The notes beneath the pieces were generated by a model. That model saw only the letters and a program-made list of their open reading frames with translations. It did no database searches and was not told where the DNA came from. The translations under genes were made by a program, and so were the position numbers. Of a stretch of DNA of 64,000 nt, positions 21,983 through 34,400 are shown in pieces. The stretch is from Octopus sinensis (taxonomy: Eukaryota): positions 32,178,001-32,242,000 of the forward strand of contig NC_043007.1 in assembly GCF_006345805.1 (NCBI RefSeq), written 5' to 3'. Position 1 is the first letter of the stretch, and each line of letters opens with the position of its first letter.

Positions 21983-24900
21983 AAATTATAAATTGTTGTG
22001 GTTTGGGGACTGGCAAGCCAAGAGGCCGCACCAGGCTCCAGTCTGATCTGGCAGTGTTTCTGCAGCTGGATGCCCTTCCTAACGCCAACAAACATAAACA
22101 GTATTTTTTTGCATGAATTTTAGAGGAAGAAGAGATCATATCTTTATATAGACACTCAAAAGATTTAGTAACAACGATTTGCTACAGCATGGCTAGATGA
22201 TCTATTAATTGTAGGTAGTTATATGAGGGTGTGGAGTTTGGTTCCCAGAAGAATGTGCTCATTTCAGGGGTTTTTTTATTATCTGTTTGAATTTGTGCAT
22301 GCAACAAATTCCCAGCTTATAACACTATTGTGTAAACGCATTTGCACAGATATACTCAAAACCGAAGCTTCAAAAGTTTGCTTCCTTTCGTTATAACAGG
22401 TGTTGTTAACACCAATATAACCATTTTAAAATGGTTCTTATTTTGCAAATTAACTCAAGTGGTTGTAGGGTGGAGGGAAGTTTGTGTCATACATTATCTT
22501 TTTAGCTGAATGCTTATTTTAAGGTGTGTGTATGTGTGCCCCACACGCTTAACAAAATGCAGAATGCTTACATATTGTGTGTTTAGCTATTTCAACCAAT
22601 TAACAAAGTCACAAATATTGAATGTATTGATAGTAATTTTAGATTTTTTAATCCTTTATTTGACAGTTATTTCATGATAATGGCGCCAGTAATTTTTTGC
22701 TTTTGTGAGGCATGAATTTGTTGTTTTTCATAGTAGTTTTGTTAACCAGTTTGAACCGACCAACTTAGAAATAGATACCTGTTATTATCAGGTGGTGAGT
22801 AGGCAGAATTGTTAGCACATTGAACAAAATACTCAGCAGCATTTCTTCTGGCGCTTTCTGTTCTGAGTTCAATTCTCACCAACATTAACTTTACCTTTTG
22901 TTCTTTTGGGGTCAAAATAAAGTACCAGTCACGTACTGGGGTCAGTGTAATTGACCCCCCCCTCCACAAAATTTCTGGTCTTGTGCCAAAATTTGAAGTA
23001 ATCAGGAGTGGCTGTGTGGTAAGTAGCTTGCTTACCAACCACTTGGTTCCAGGCTCAGTCCCACTGCGTGGCACCTTGGGCATGTGTCTTCTACTATAGC
23101 CTCGGGCTGACCAAAGCCTTGTGAGTGGATTTGGTAGATAGAAACTGAAAGAAGCCCTTCGTATATATATATATGTATGTATATGGTTGTGTGTCTGTGT
23201 TTGTCCCCCCCAACATCGCTTAACAGCCAATGCTGGTGTGTTTACGTCCCTGTAACTTAGCGGTTCGGCAAGAGAGACCACTAGAATAAGTCCTGGGGTC
23301 AATTTGCTCAACTAAAGGCAGTGCTTCAGCATGGCCACAGTCAAATGACTGAAACAAATAAAAGAATAATCATATATGTATATAGAGAGATAGATAGGTA
23401 AGTCAATGGAGAAGGTGCATTTCCCATGACTTTTTCCAGGGCTTCCAAGACTAAAGGGAAGGAAAGAAGGAATTTTGCCTCATACTAAGGAGCCAGCCCA
23501 AATGCTTGAGTGAGTGGACTCCAGTAAACTCCACATGACAAATTTGGTTCACCACCAAAAACTATGAAATGTCTTTCTTACAAGCTCCTGTATAGCTTCC
23601 ATCCACCAAGTTTCACTCACAAGGCTTTATTAGTCAACTTAAGTGTATGATAGAAGTGACTTGCCCAAATGGGCCATACTGTTCTTTAGTTTGTTTTAGA
23701 CTTTATGGCTAAGACCATACTGGAGAACAGGCCTCCAGTGGAATCAGATCCAAAACCGTATACTTGCAGAATAGATTCTTAGGCTGGCTGGCACTCATAT
23801 CCTCAGGAGCTGTCATGAAGTAACTCAAAAATTCTACAAATTTTAATATTTGCCTGACTATTTTGATATTTGGGGTGTAAAATAGTTGTACAGATAGTAC
23901 CCTTTCTGCTACAAATTACAAAACAGTGACAATGGTCTGAAGGAAATGAGGCCCAGCTTAACCATTGTGCCATGTCATTGAGTGAGTTTCATGCCACAAA
24001 TTTTTGGCTGAATGAAAGAACTTTAAAGAACTGAAACCTGGCTATTCTAATATTGCTTTAGTTACAAACTAGATTGGTACTTTACATGCTACTGTGTATG
24101 ATATTGACATTAAAAGATACTTCCTGCTGTAGAACTTTCATACCAAGTACACTTATTTTTGATATTAAATTTTCAACCCTTTAGCATTCAGATTACTCTA
24201 CCAAATGTCGAGTAATCAGAATGCTAATTTATTCACATAGTTTTTAATTAATCATATGCATTATCTCATAGCTTCAAGATTACCATGATGAGGTTGTTTA
24301 ATTTTATAGAATGACGTTGTAGGTTATGTGCAAGAGGCCAGATCTGGGTGATTTTGATATAAAATACCTAGAATATTTGGGCCAGACATGGCCAGTTCAA
24401 CTGTTAAAGGGTTAAGCCTATTCAACAGCACAAAGAATGCGGTCAAAATAATTCCAAGTACACCTACATATGGTTCAGATTTCTATAGAATGGAAGTTGA
24501 ATATTTAAAAACACCATTTCTCAGTTTAAAATTCATCCAAAGAGAAAAGCGAGCAAAATAATATTTTATTTTATCTTCACTAAAGATGAAAATCCAATAC
24601 CGTATTGGTTGTCTTGTTATGGCTTGTTGTTGGAAAGCAAATTATGATGAAAGCTGTTTTTATTTTTGAAAATATTTCAAAGATTTTTTTTTTTTAGATA
24701 TTTTTATATTTATTCATGTTATTTTTTTCTTTCAGTGAATATTAGGTCTAAATATAATGAGAAAAAAAAACGTTTCTCTTCAGATGATTAATCTGTCTCT
24801 CTTACCATAAAACAGGACTCAAGCCACAAAAAAAAAAAAAAGGAAATTGTTAATAAAGATTTGTTAAAATCTCAAGTCTTTGTTGTTTTATAAAGTATAA

Positions 24901-26510
24901 TCTCACATTGAATATATTGAATGTTGAATAATTTATTGCTTAAATTTATTTTTTAATCTTTGTATTTTGGAGGGGCAGGAAGATTCGTTTTCTAATCATT
25001 TTTATTTCATTTATTCCATTATCAAAAGATGTCATTAAAAAACTTCATTGATTATATGCTTTATTTTTAAATTAATATCACAAATTAAATTAAATATTCC
25101 ATTACTCTAATTTTTATTCAAACATTTTCACTGGTTTATCACTTTTTTTTAATAGTCTCTCTCTCTCTCTTTTCTTTATCACTTTTTTCCATTGATATTA
25201 GTATCTTTCATTATTCATTTTTACTAATTAAACTTTGGCTATGAATTTACAGAGTTCTAAAATCACCATTCAGAATTAGATGATGTGCATTGATTAGCCA
25301 TTATTGCTCATCATCAGAAACACAAACACACTCCCACAAACTTACACTCTCAGAGCAGATTTTCATTTGAATAGTGTCTTTCTCCTGGTGTCCCATAGCT
25401 ATTAGTTGTATTCACCTGTACCTAATCTCCATATTATTATAGTATATCTTCAGTTTAGTTTTCTCTCTTATATAAATCATTTCCACGTACTTTGCCTGGC
25501 TCCACTGATTTAGTGTATGTGGACATGTTATCATGCTTAAAACGAAAATATTTCACAGTTATATTTGTAACCAGTATAATCATCATTTATTTATTATTAG
25601 AGTTCAGAAATTATCTGAAAGACTTTCAAAATGAAGATTGGCTGTTGGACACCACCAGCTTCATAATTGTAGCATTACAAATTTGGTGTTTAGTTTCAAA
25701 ATTGGTCATTACTTTAAAATGAGGAGTGAATTTCTGTTGGCCATGTCTATCCATTTAAAGGAAACCAGTTTGGTAATATTTCAGAGTTTAGAACATTTCA
25801 TTGTATTACACAGCATAATGTTCTTCCTAGATTATCTCTCTCAATAGGTATTGGCAAACTAATTCATTTTAATGTCTCTGAGACAGTGTTTCCTTCCAAT
25901 TCTAATTGCAACTTTGGGCACTGACAAATACAGGCATAGAACTACACACACACACACACACACACATGCTCACCCACATGCATATATCAAATACCATAGC
26001 AAGGTTTTTATGTTCCCAGCTATTATCTGTATACATTCTGTTTCTTTTTGCTTGTAGATTTCATATTGTTCAGCTAAGATAAATTATCAATAGCAGCAAA
26101 ACACTTTCTATAGGTTAACCTTTTTAAGAGCACCAACTATCAAGAGCCTTTCTTAATATTTCTGCCTGCATGCAAACCCATTGAAAGCAATTATGCTCTA
26201 CCATAATTTTTCATTGGAAACTTTTAAAAGCAAACATGATAAATTTTAATGTTTATTTGGTTTTGTTTTAGGGCTAGGCCTGCTTTTAAGAAATATTTAA
26301 ATGTTGTTATTTGTTATAGTATTGAATCAAGTTTTGATAATTGCATAAGATAACACAGAACAAAGAGATGGTTTTTGTACATTGGAGGATATTTTGTAGT
26401 AGATATTAGAATGTCTGCTTTATTCTTAAATATATAGATTGAAAACACATGAATACAGCTACAAGCATTTATCAAACATACATACATTAAGTATGTGTGT
26501 TTGTTAATGT

Positions 26511-27234
26511 TTACATTATTGAGCTGCTTTGAACACAAAATTAGAATTTTGTTCCCTTTGTGATGCTTTTTCACATCAGTAGATAGATTTTACATTATCT
26601 GTGTATACTTCTAGTTGGCAATTTGAATTCACTTTAAAAAGTGCGGTGAGTTTGACACTTGTGAGTGGAAAATACTTCAAAATATTGATACATGTCATTC
26701 TCATTCACTTCTGGAGCAGTTTTGTTTTGCCTAGCTTTGAAATATACTGTGCCTTTTAACACTAGATATCTTTAAGGGGGCCTCCCTTAGATGAAATATC
26801 ACAGCTGTAAATATTTACGAAACATGCATTAAGTATGCAATATTGGTAATGTTTATGTTACTGAGCTGCTTCTTACATTATTGAGCTGCTTTGAACACAA
26901 AATTAGAATTTTGTTCCCTTTGTGATGCTTTTTCACATCAGTAGATAGATTTTACATTATCTGTGTATACTTCTAGTTGGCAATTTGAATTCACTTTAAA
27001 AAGTGCGGTGAGTTTGACACTTGTGAGTGGAAAATACTTCAAAATATTGATACATGTCATTCTCATTCACTTCTGGAGCAGTTTTGTTTTGCCTAGCTTT
27101 GAAATATACTGTGCCTTTTAACACTAGATATCTTTAAGGGGGCCTCCCTTAGATGAAATATCACAGCTGTAAATATTTACGAAACATGCATTAAGTATGC
27201 AATATTGGTAATGTTTATGTTACTGAGCTGCTTC
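26511..27234. repeat. Apparently exact 362-bp tandem duplication
   Basis: 26511-26872 matches 26873-27234 by eye. Confidence 0.92.
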
Positions 27235-28364
27235 TGTCACAAAATTTGAAAATATACTCACGTACTTGAGTATCATATTGAGAATTGGCTTTAACTCAAA
27301 GACCCTCTAACACTATATTCAGTTGTGCAAGATATCTAGCACTCTCCATAGATCAGGGCTGGTGATAGTGTTAAATTTTCCTGCAGCTAGTTGACTTCTG
27401 CAAATTCACTGGCTGGGGTCTTCCACTGAGAATAAGCTCTATTCTCTTCGTAGTAATTCCTAACCACAGCCCTATGGCTTCAGATGCTGAAACAGTCTTA
27501 TTAACCAGTAGCAACAGGAATCAGGGTAAATCCAATTGTTAATCTATATTTAAGAAATAGTTGCTGATAATGAGGTGGTTTCAACTGGAAATAGCTATGT
27601 AGGAGGTATGAAGTGATCAACTAAGTCTATGTATTGTGATGGCTGTTATTCTTTAAATTCTCCTAAGTTTCCACCAAAGTTTACTTGAATTGTAATAAGA
27701 TGGAAGCAAAAAGTCTTTTTATTTCATATATATTTTTTTTTTCTCTCATGTTTCCTTCAAAGATTTATCTATTAGTAATAAAAGAAAAAAGAAAAGAAAC
27801 TGTCATTTATATGTTGATTTATCAAAGATTTGGAAGAAATAAAACAAGTTGATGTCAGATTAAATTTCATCAAAGGTTGTCTAAACATATTATCTAAAAT
27901 CTAAATGAAAATTATATGTTAAACTGTTCCTCCTGTTTTCTGTAAACTTTTTAGAAATCGGTGTATATACTAAAACTGATGGCATCTCCAAATTAACAAA
28001 TGTAAGGATGACGTGAATATTGTATATATTTGGTAACTTTTGTTTTTATATTGCCTACTGCATTAGTCTAAATCTGCTTTTAGTGTGGGTAATTTATTTT
28101 ATTTAGCCACCTGTTACTCGCATATAACTACGGTACTAACTCAGATTTTGTAACCTCTGCATATCTTATTGCATGGCAGATTTTAATTTCTCTTGCACTT
28201 TCCTCTAGGCAAGATGGCTGAAATGCTAATAGACTTTTGCTAACTACTATCTCCTGCTGGCATCTTTGAAACCTCTCTCGTGTATCACTATAATTTGCTT
28301 GTAAATATCTGTCCATTCAATTTTGTTGATTTGAGTTTTGTGCATGTTTTATTGCCCTCTGCAG

Positions 28365-28477
28365 GTCACCCCGCTTGCTTGGATTTGACCAAAGCAATGG
28401 TGTCTATTATCAAGAATTATCCCTGGCAGTGCATGGAGTGCAAGACATGTGTTCAATGTATGGATCCTTATGATGAG
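28365..28477 (+). CDS. PHF10: PHF10 exon, PHD1 C-half and PHD2 start (GHPACLDLTKAMVSIIKNYPWQCMECKTCVQCMDPYDE)
   Basis: GCAG acceptor and GTAGGT donor, phase 1 to 0; hallmark GHPxCL...YPWQCMECKTC. Confidence 0.97.
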
Positions 28478-31400
28478 GTAGGTGTTCTATTGTATGCCCT
28501 GGCTTCACAGGGTAGATCCTCTACTATCAGATAGTTCTCCCACTATGCACTATATGGTCAGCACCCAGCATTTGTACATTGCAATTATTCCTTAGTCCTT
28601 TGTTGGCTTTAAACGTAGAAAGCTGAAACCTTGGTCAGTCTAACGTCACTGTTTAAGAGGCTTCGTTGCTTTGTGAGTCTCCTCTAGTTCTCATCCAGTT
28701 AGTTCCACTGTCTTTGAAATGTGTTCAAACAGAAACCTAGTCCCACTCAAGCTTGTATCATTTGATATTGTAGTTCTTCCACTTGTCAACAATGGTGTGG
28801 AATTCCTTCTCATTCTCAAATCATATTTTTGTGGCTTCGAGTCTTTCGCTGGCTTCTATAGAGATTCACTTATGCTAATTGTATATCGTTAAAGCAGTTA
28901 AACTTTTGTATAATAATGTTGAGGTTTCCTTCTCTAGTTTGGTGAAGTATCTCAATATGATCAGCACCTACCTTGATCTCTCAATTTTTTTTAATTAATA
29001 TTTTTAAAAATTTTATCTTATTTTTGTAACTTTTCGAAATTGTTATCTGAAGGTTGTTTTTATACTAATTTAGTCAGGTCTTTATTTCACAGGAAACTAA
29101 GAAATGTATTTTATTTCATTTTATGATAAATGAAACATTTCTTTTTTAAGACAGTATCGTACTGATCTGCTCCCATTGTTGTGCAATCTTGATTGACTAA
29201 CTGCACTACTCTTTTGATGTATTCACATACTTGCACATGAGCATGCGTACATGGGCATACATGCATGCACACACACACACACACACACACATACATGATT
29301 TGCAATCAAGTATTACTCTGGGTTGTTTCAATTTGTATATCAGACCGGCCATATTTAGGATCAGCGGGGGTTAAACTCATTAATATTGGTACACAGAATG
29401 AGTATGGTGTTATATATCTTAGATTCAATATCAAGTTGATGGAGAGAGACTCAACTAAATTTTCCATGTCCTAACTGTGTATTATTGTGTTTAGCTATAA
29501 TATCAGGGAAATACCACAAATACATATGGTACCACTTAAAATGTTCTGGGAAATAATATTTATAAAAGCATCTGTCTAGTTTGTGGAAATTGCTGGAGTA
29601 CACGGGACAAAAACTCAGGACTTAGATATGTTGTGAATTACAAGGAGTAGAAGGAAATGTTCCTGGGCTGTAAATATATTCTGTTAATATGGTATGCTTA
29701 AGTGTTTTAAGCAGAAACGCAGGAAGCTACTTGGTGACACAATGAGTTCACACGAGTGTTCTTCAAACTGACTGCCACATAAAGTTACTTGTAAATTTGA
29801 TCATTGTTTTTAACGGAAACTTGAAAAGGTTAGAGAATCTGAGGAAACTGCAGTGAAACTTTATGAAATTGGTTTTCGTAGAAGAACAAACAGCATGTTA
29901 AGAAAATGAAAGCAGTGGACAAGATTACACCTCTGAATTTCAGTAATCAATATATTATTGTGTTGTGGCCTTAAGTAAGATATTCGACTCTACCTTTTGA
30001 TCTGGAATCAGCAAGGAAGCTGCCATATTTTGAAGTTTGACAATGTTTCCTCCGTGATATCCAAATTATTTAGCCCTTTCGTTGCTCTGTGTTTCTTTCA
30101 ATTATTTCAAATATAACAAATAATTTAGTAAAATAACTTTGTTGTCATTAAGCTGGTGTTAGGAACATAAATTGTGATATGGTTTGGTGGAAGATTTTAA
30201 TTGAAAACTTATGAAAACAAGGCATTTGTACTCAGAGCCAGTTTCAGCCGGGTTGGTAACGAAAGGGTAAGAAGTTGAAGAATGAAATTGAGGATTATCA
30301 TTCTTTAATTTTCATTTTTTTTTTTAAAAACCTACCTATAGTCATTCATTATAATGGAATGGAATTTTGGTACAAGGCTAGCAATTTAAGTGGAAATGGA
30401 TAAGTGAAATAATATTGATCATAGTACTGAATTGGTACTTTTATTTTATTGACTCTGAAAGGATGAAAGGGGAAATCAATCTCAGCAGAATTTGAACCCA
30501 GAAAGTAAAGAGCTGGAAGAAATCCTGCCAAGCATTTTCCCCAGCATGCTAATAGTTTATCCAATAGGATTTCATATTTTTAGAAATATTAATGATGTCT
30601 AATGTTTCTTGGACCCGTGCCAGTCAAGGAAACGGACATTAAATGATGATGATCAGTTTTAATACATTTTATTTGAATTATTTATCTCTTCCTGGTTTCA
30701 GTCATTTGACTGTGGCCATGCTGGGGCACTGCTTTGAAAGATTTATTCAAACAAATCAACCCCAGTACTTAAGTTGTTTTTGTTTTTTTGACACTTACTC
30801 TGTTGGCCCCTTTTGTAGAACTAAGTTATGGGGATGTAAATAAACCAGCACAGGTTGTTGGGCAGTGGTGGTGAGTGGGGTGGGTGACAAACACACACAT
30901 GCAATAGGCTTCATCACAGTTTCCACCTACCATGTTCACTCACAGAACATTGGTTGTAGCAAGAGACACTTGCCCCCAAGGTGCCACACAATGAGACTGA
31001 ACCCAGAACTAAATACTTGCAAATCAAGCTTCTTAACCGCACAGCCACGCCTGCATCCATTTAGTGAGTGACTCAAAAAATAAATCACAACATCCTATTT
31101 CTTTCTTGAATATCTCAAGCTTCATTTTATCTTCAATTTCCTGGCAACATATCAAAAGAGTAATGTAGTTTCAAAGTTCTTCTAAGGCCAACCTCAAATT
31201 GTCTCCTATACTTTTCAGTTGAGCAACTCATATATTTTGGTTATTTTTTTCTACATTCATTTCCATTCTTACTGAAAGGATTAATATAAATTTCTCTTTG
31301 TGTCTACTTTCTTGTTTGAAGGCAACAAAAATAGACTCTATTTATCCAATTTTGAAATATTTTCCAAAGAATTTAAGCATCCAACTGCTTGAATTGATAT

Positions 31401-34400
31401 TAATTTGACTTGGTTTAATCAAGTTTCTTTCTTCAAATAACATTCCGTGAGGGTTTGCTCGGTAACCTAATTGCTTTGCATCTTAATTATATTTTCTTTC
31501 TTAATGAACTAATGTTCTTCTTTTTATTAACCAGCCATACTAAAATGCTTGAATAAGCTTAACCAAACTAATATTTTTCTAATATATCTCTTAATAATTA
31601 AAGACATGACTAATTTTTTGCATCTTGTTTGTATTGTATAATTTGATACAGATTATTGAGGTTACTTGCATGAACTTTTGTTTTTTTCCACTGAAATATC
31701 TTCACTACATCTTTCTGGATGTTTACTCGGCTTATCAACTGTAGTGGTCAATTATATAAGAATGGACATTGCCTTGAGAGAAACACCATAGTATCAGACT
31801 AAATACTGTCCAGCATTTAGGTTTTTTTTCCTGTACACTGAGTTCAAATCTCTTAAGGGTGTACTTCCTATTTTATCTGTCCTGGGATGATGGATGGTAA
31901 AATAAACAACAGTAACATTTGTACAAGTACATTGCACTGTGTGGCCTTGTGTCAGTCAAAAGGAAAGGAAAAGGTGCAATTGCATACATAATGAAAGGAA
32001 AATGTTCCATTGTACAGTGGAAAATTTATGCATCAAAATGAAAGATTAAAAAGAAAAGGAGACTTCGTACATGTCCAAAAGAATCATTGAATTGAGAGAA
32101 GCTGTGAAAGTTTGATTTCAATATTTCAATATTTTCATCTTTTGCATTTTAAGGAAAATATTATTTGTGCGTGTGTGTGTGTGTGACTTTATGCAAATAT
32201 ATGTAGATGTGTGTATAGGTTGGAAATTGGCACACTTGGAATGTTGAATAGTAATGGCTTGCAGTATTTGTTCTGGCTTTCTGCACCCTAAAATCCCAGC
32301 CAGGTCAACATTGCCTCTTCTCCTTTCGGGGTCAATGACTAAAGCACCAGTCTGGTACGAGAGGGTCAATACTTTTCTTCTTTCTCTCTTTCTCTTGCTC
32401 TTGCTTTCTGCTTGGGAGAAATCTGCTACAACCAGACCTGGCGATGGATGGGCGCTATCAAATTTAAAATTCCAAAGACATGGTAGCACTCTTGTGGCTC
32501 CATCACAGTGGGTGGGGTGAGGGTGAGACACGCACACACATAAAACGAGATTGATTAAATTTATCAAGCTTAATGGTTTTAAGCCTACATTTGACATAAA
32601 TCAAATGTTAAAAGCATCACCTAAATTATAATCTTATAGGCAAAAATATTTTCAGCTTTTCAATAGTGCTGCTTTGAACACATTGACATGCCTTCTGCTG
32701 TGTTTGTAAAAAAAGCATTACTATCAACAATAGTAAAAACTTCAAATTGACAGTAGATGAAGAAAGCGTGTTTTCAATATTCAGGTTAAATTATTCCTAA
32801 GACACCTTGATATTCCATGGAACTGGCTGACAAAATCCATATTTACAAAGAAAAATATTTAAACAGTCGTAATAGAATTCACCACAAGCCTGTTGATTTC
32901 TGCTGGCAAAAAAAAGTTGAAATTTGCTTTTTGTTTTCAGCACATTCCACAATAACTAATTCCTTTTTTGCTTTTTATTTATTTATATATATTTTTTTTA
33001 AATTTGAAGTGTCTTGCATTAGTCTTGGAATCTATCTGGTTTCTTGCACCATTTTAACTATGTTCTTCTAATTTGCACCCACCAAGCATTGTGAACCATA
33101 CATTCCTTCAAATAAAATGTTTTTTTGTCTTCTTTTTTTTTGTTAAAATCTCCTTTGAATATTTTCTGTGATGTTGCAGCTAGATAGTTCACTACTAACA
33201 CTATATCATATCCAATTAAATAAAACTGGGGGTCGGCTTCACTTTTTGATCAGCTAGTTTTGTCATTTACCCCACATTATCTGTTTACTAACAAAAATAG
33301 GTTGCCCTATAATTATTTACTATTGAATGTATCACCTATAATGCTACTGGCCACTAGTTTATTATTAAACCTGTTTGACATGTGACTCATCTAGAGTTTA
33401 AAATCTGCATGATTCATTTTAATATTCAGTCTGTGCAAAACACAAAAAGAAATGTGCAACAATGATATAAAATCGATGTGATTGATGTAATGTATTTGTA
33501 TGTCCTAAAATGGTTTATAACTGTAGAGCTTAGAAATAGTACAAGTATCTTCATTTTAAATCTATCACCATATTCTGTTTTCAAAAAAACATATGTGTAA
33601 CCACAGAATAAAAAGTTTATTTTGCTGTCCTGACATTTGTTAGCAAAGTCTGTATATTCAGCTGTTAGTCTGTATATTGTGTTGACTCATTAAGTCAGTA
33701 AAGTTTTGGATGCGTGTATGCATACAGATAGATACGGTTTAGCTTTGATATCTCTTAAGTGACCAAAGTCCTGCTTAATATGTGCGTATATATATATATA
33801 AGTGTGTTTCTCTCAGTATGCAACTTATTTTCATTTTCTTGCAGATACGCTAATGTACAATCGGTGTGTTATTAGTCTTACAAAAGATGCGATTAGTATG
33901 AGAATTATTTTGTGCACATAGTTAAAGAAGCAAGAGTCTACTGTCTGTATTGTATTGTGTTAAATTTATTTCAACATAAACATTGAATTTGTTGACTTGT
34001 CACCATCATAATCATCATCATCATTTAATGTCTGTGCTTACATGACTTGGCTGTTTTAACAGGAACTGGTGAGCCAGACCATTACACCCAATTCTAATAT
34101 TTACTTTTGGCATGGTTTCTCTGGTTAGATGCTCTTCCTAACACCAACCACTTTCCAGGGTGCGCTGGGTGTTTTGCACATGGCACTGGTACTAAGGAAG
34201 TCACCAAGAAACTAGCAAGACAAGACCTCTCAACTTAGTGGGGAGTTGATATTGAGGCCAGGTGTCAAGAGGCAAGAACCGGTCAGGTATCTTACTGTAG
34301 GGAGTTAAGTCAGAGTTAAAGATGTTCACTAACTACAGAAGTGATGTAGAAGCAGCTAACTTGCGATCAGATATTTCTTGACTGTTGTCTTTGGTCAGTT

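Noticed and set aside
25279-25315. Small hairpin GATGATGTGCA...TGCTCATCATC considered as a miRNA, SECIS or snoRNA
   Set aside because: The stem is too short, lacks the diagnostic boxes, and is partly low-complexity.
26058-26077. Another acceptor in the long intron giving DFILFS*
   Set aside because: No supporting motifs or peptide plausibility; likely a chance site.
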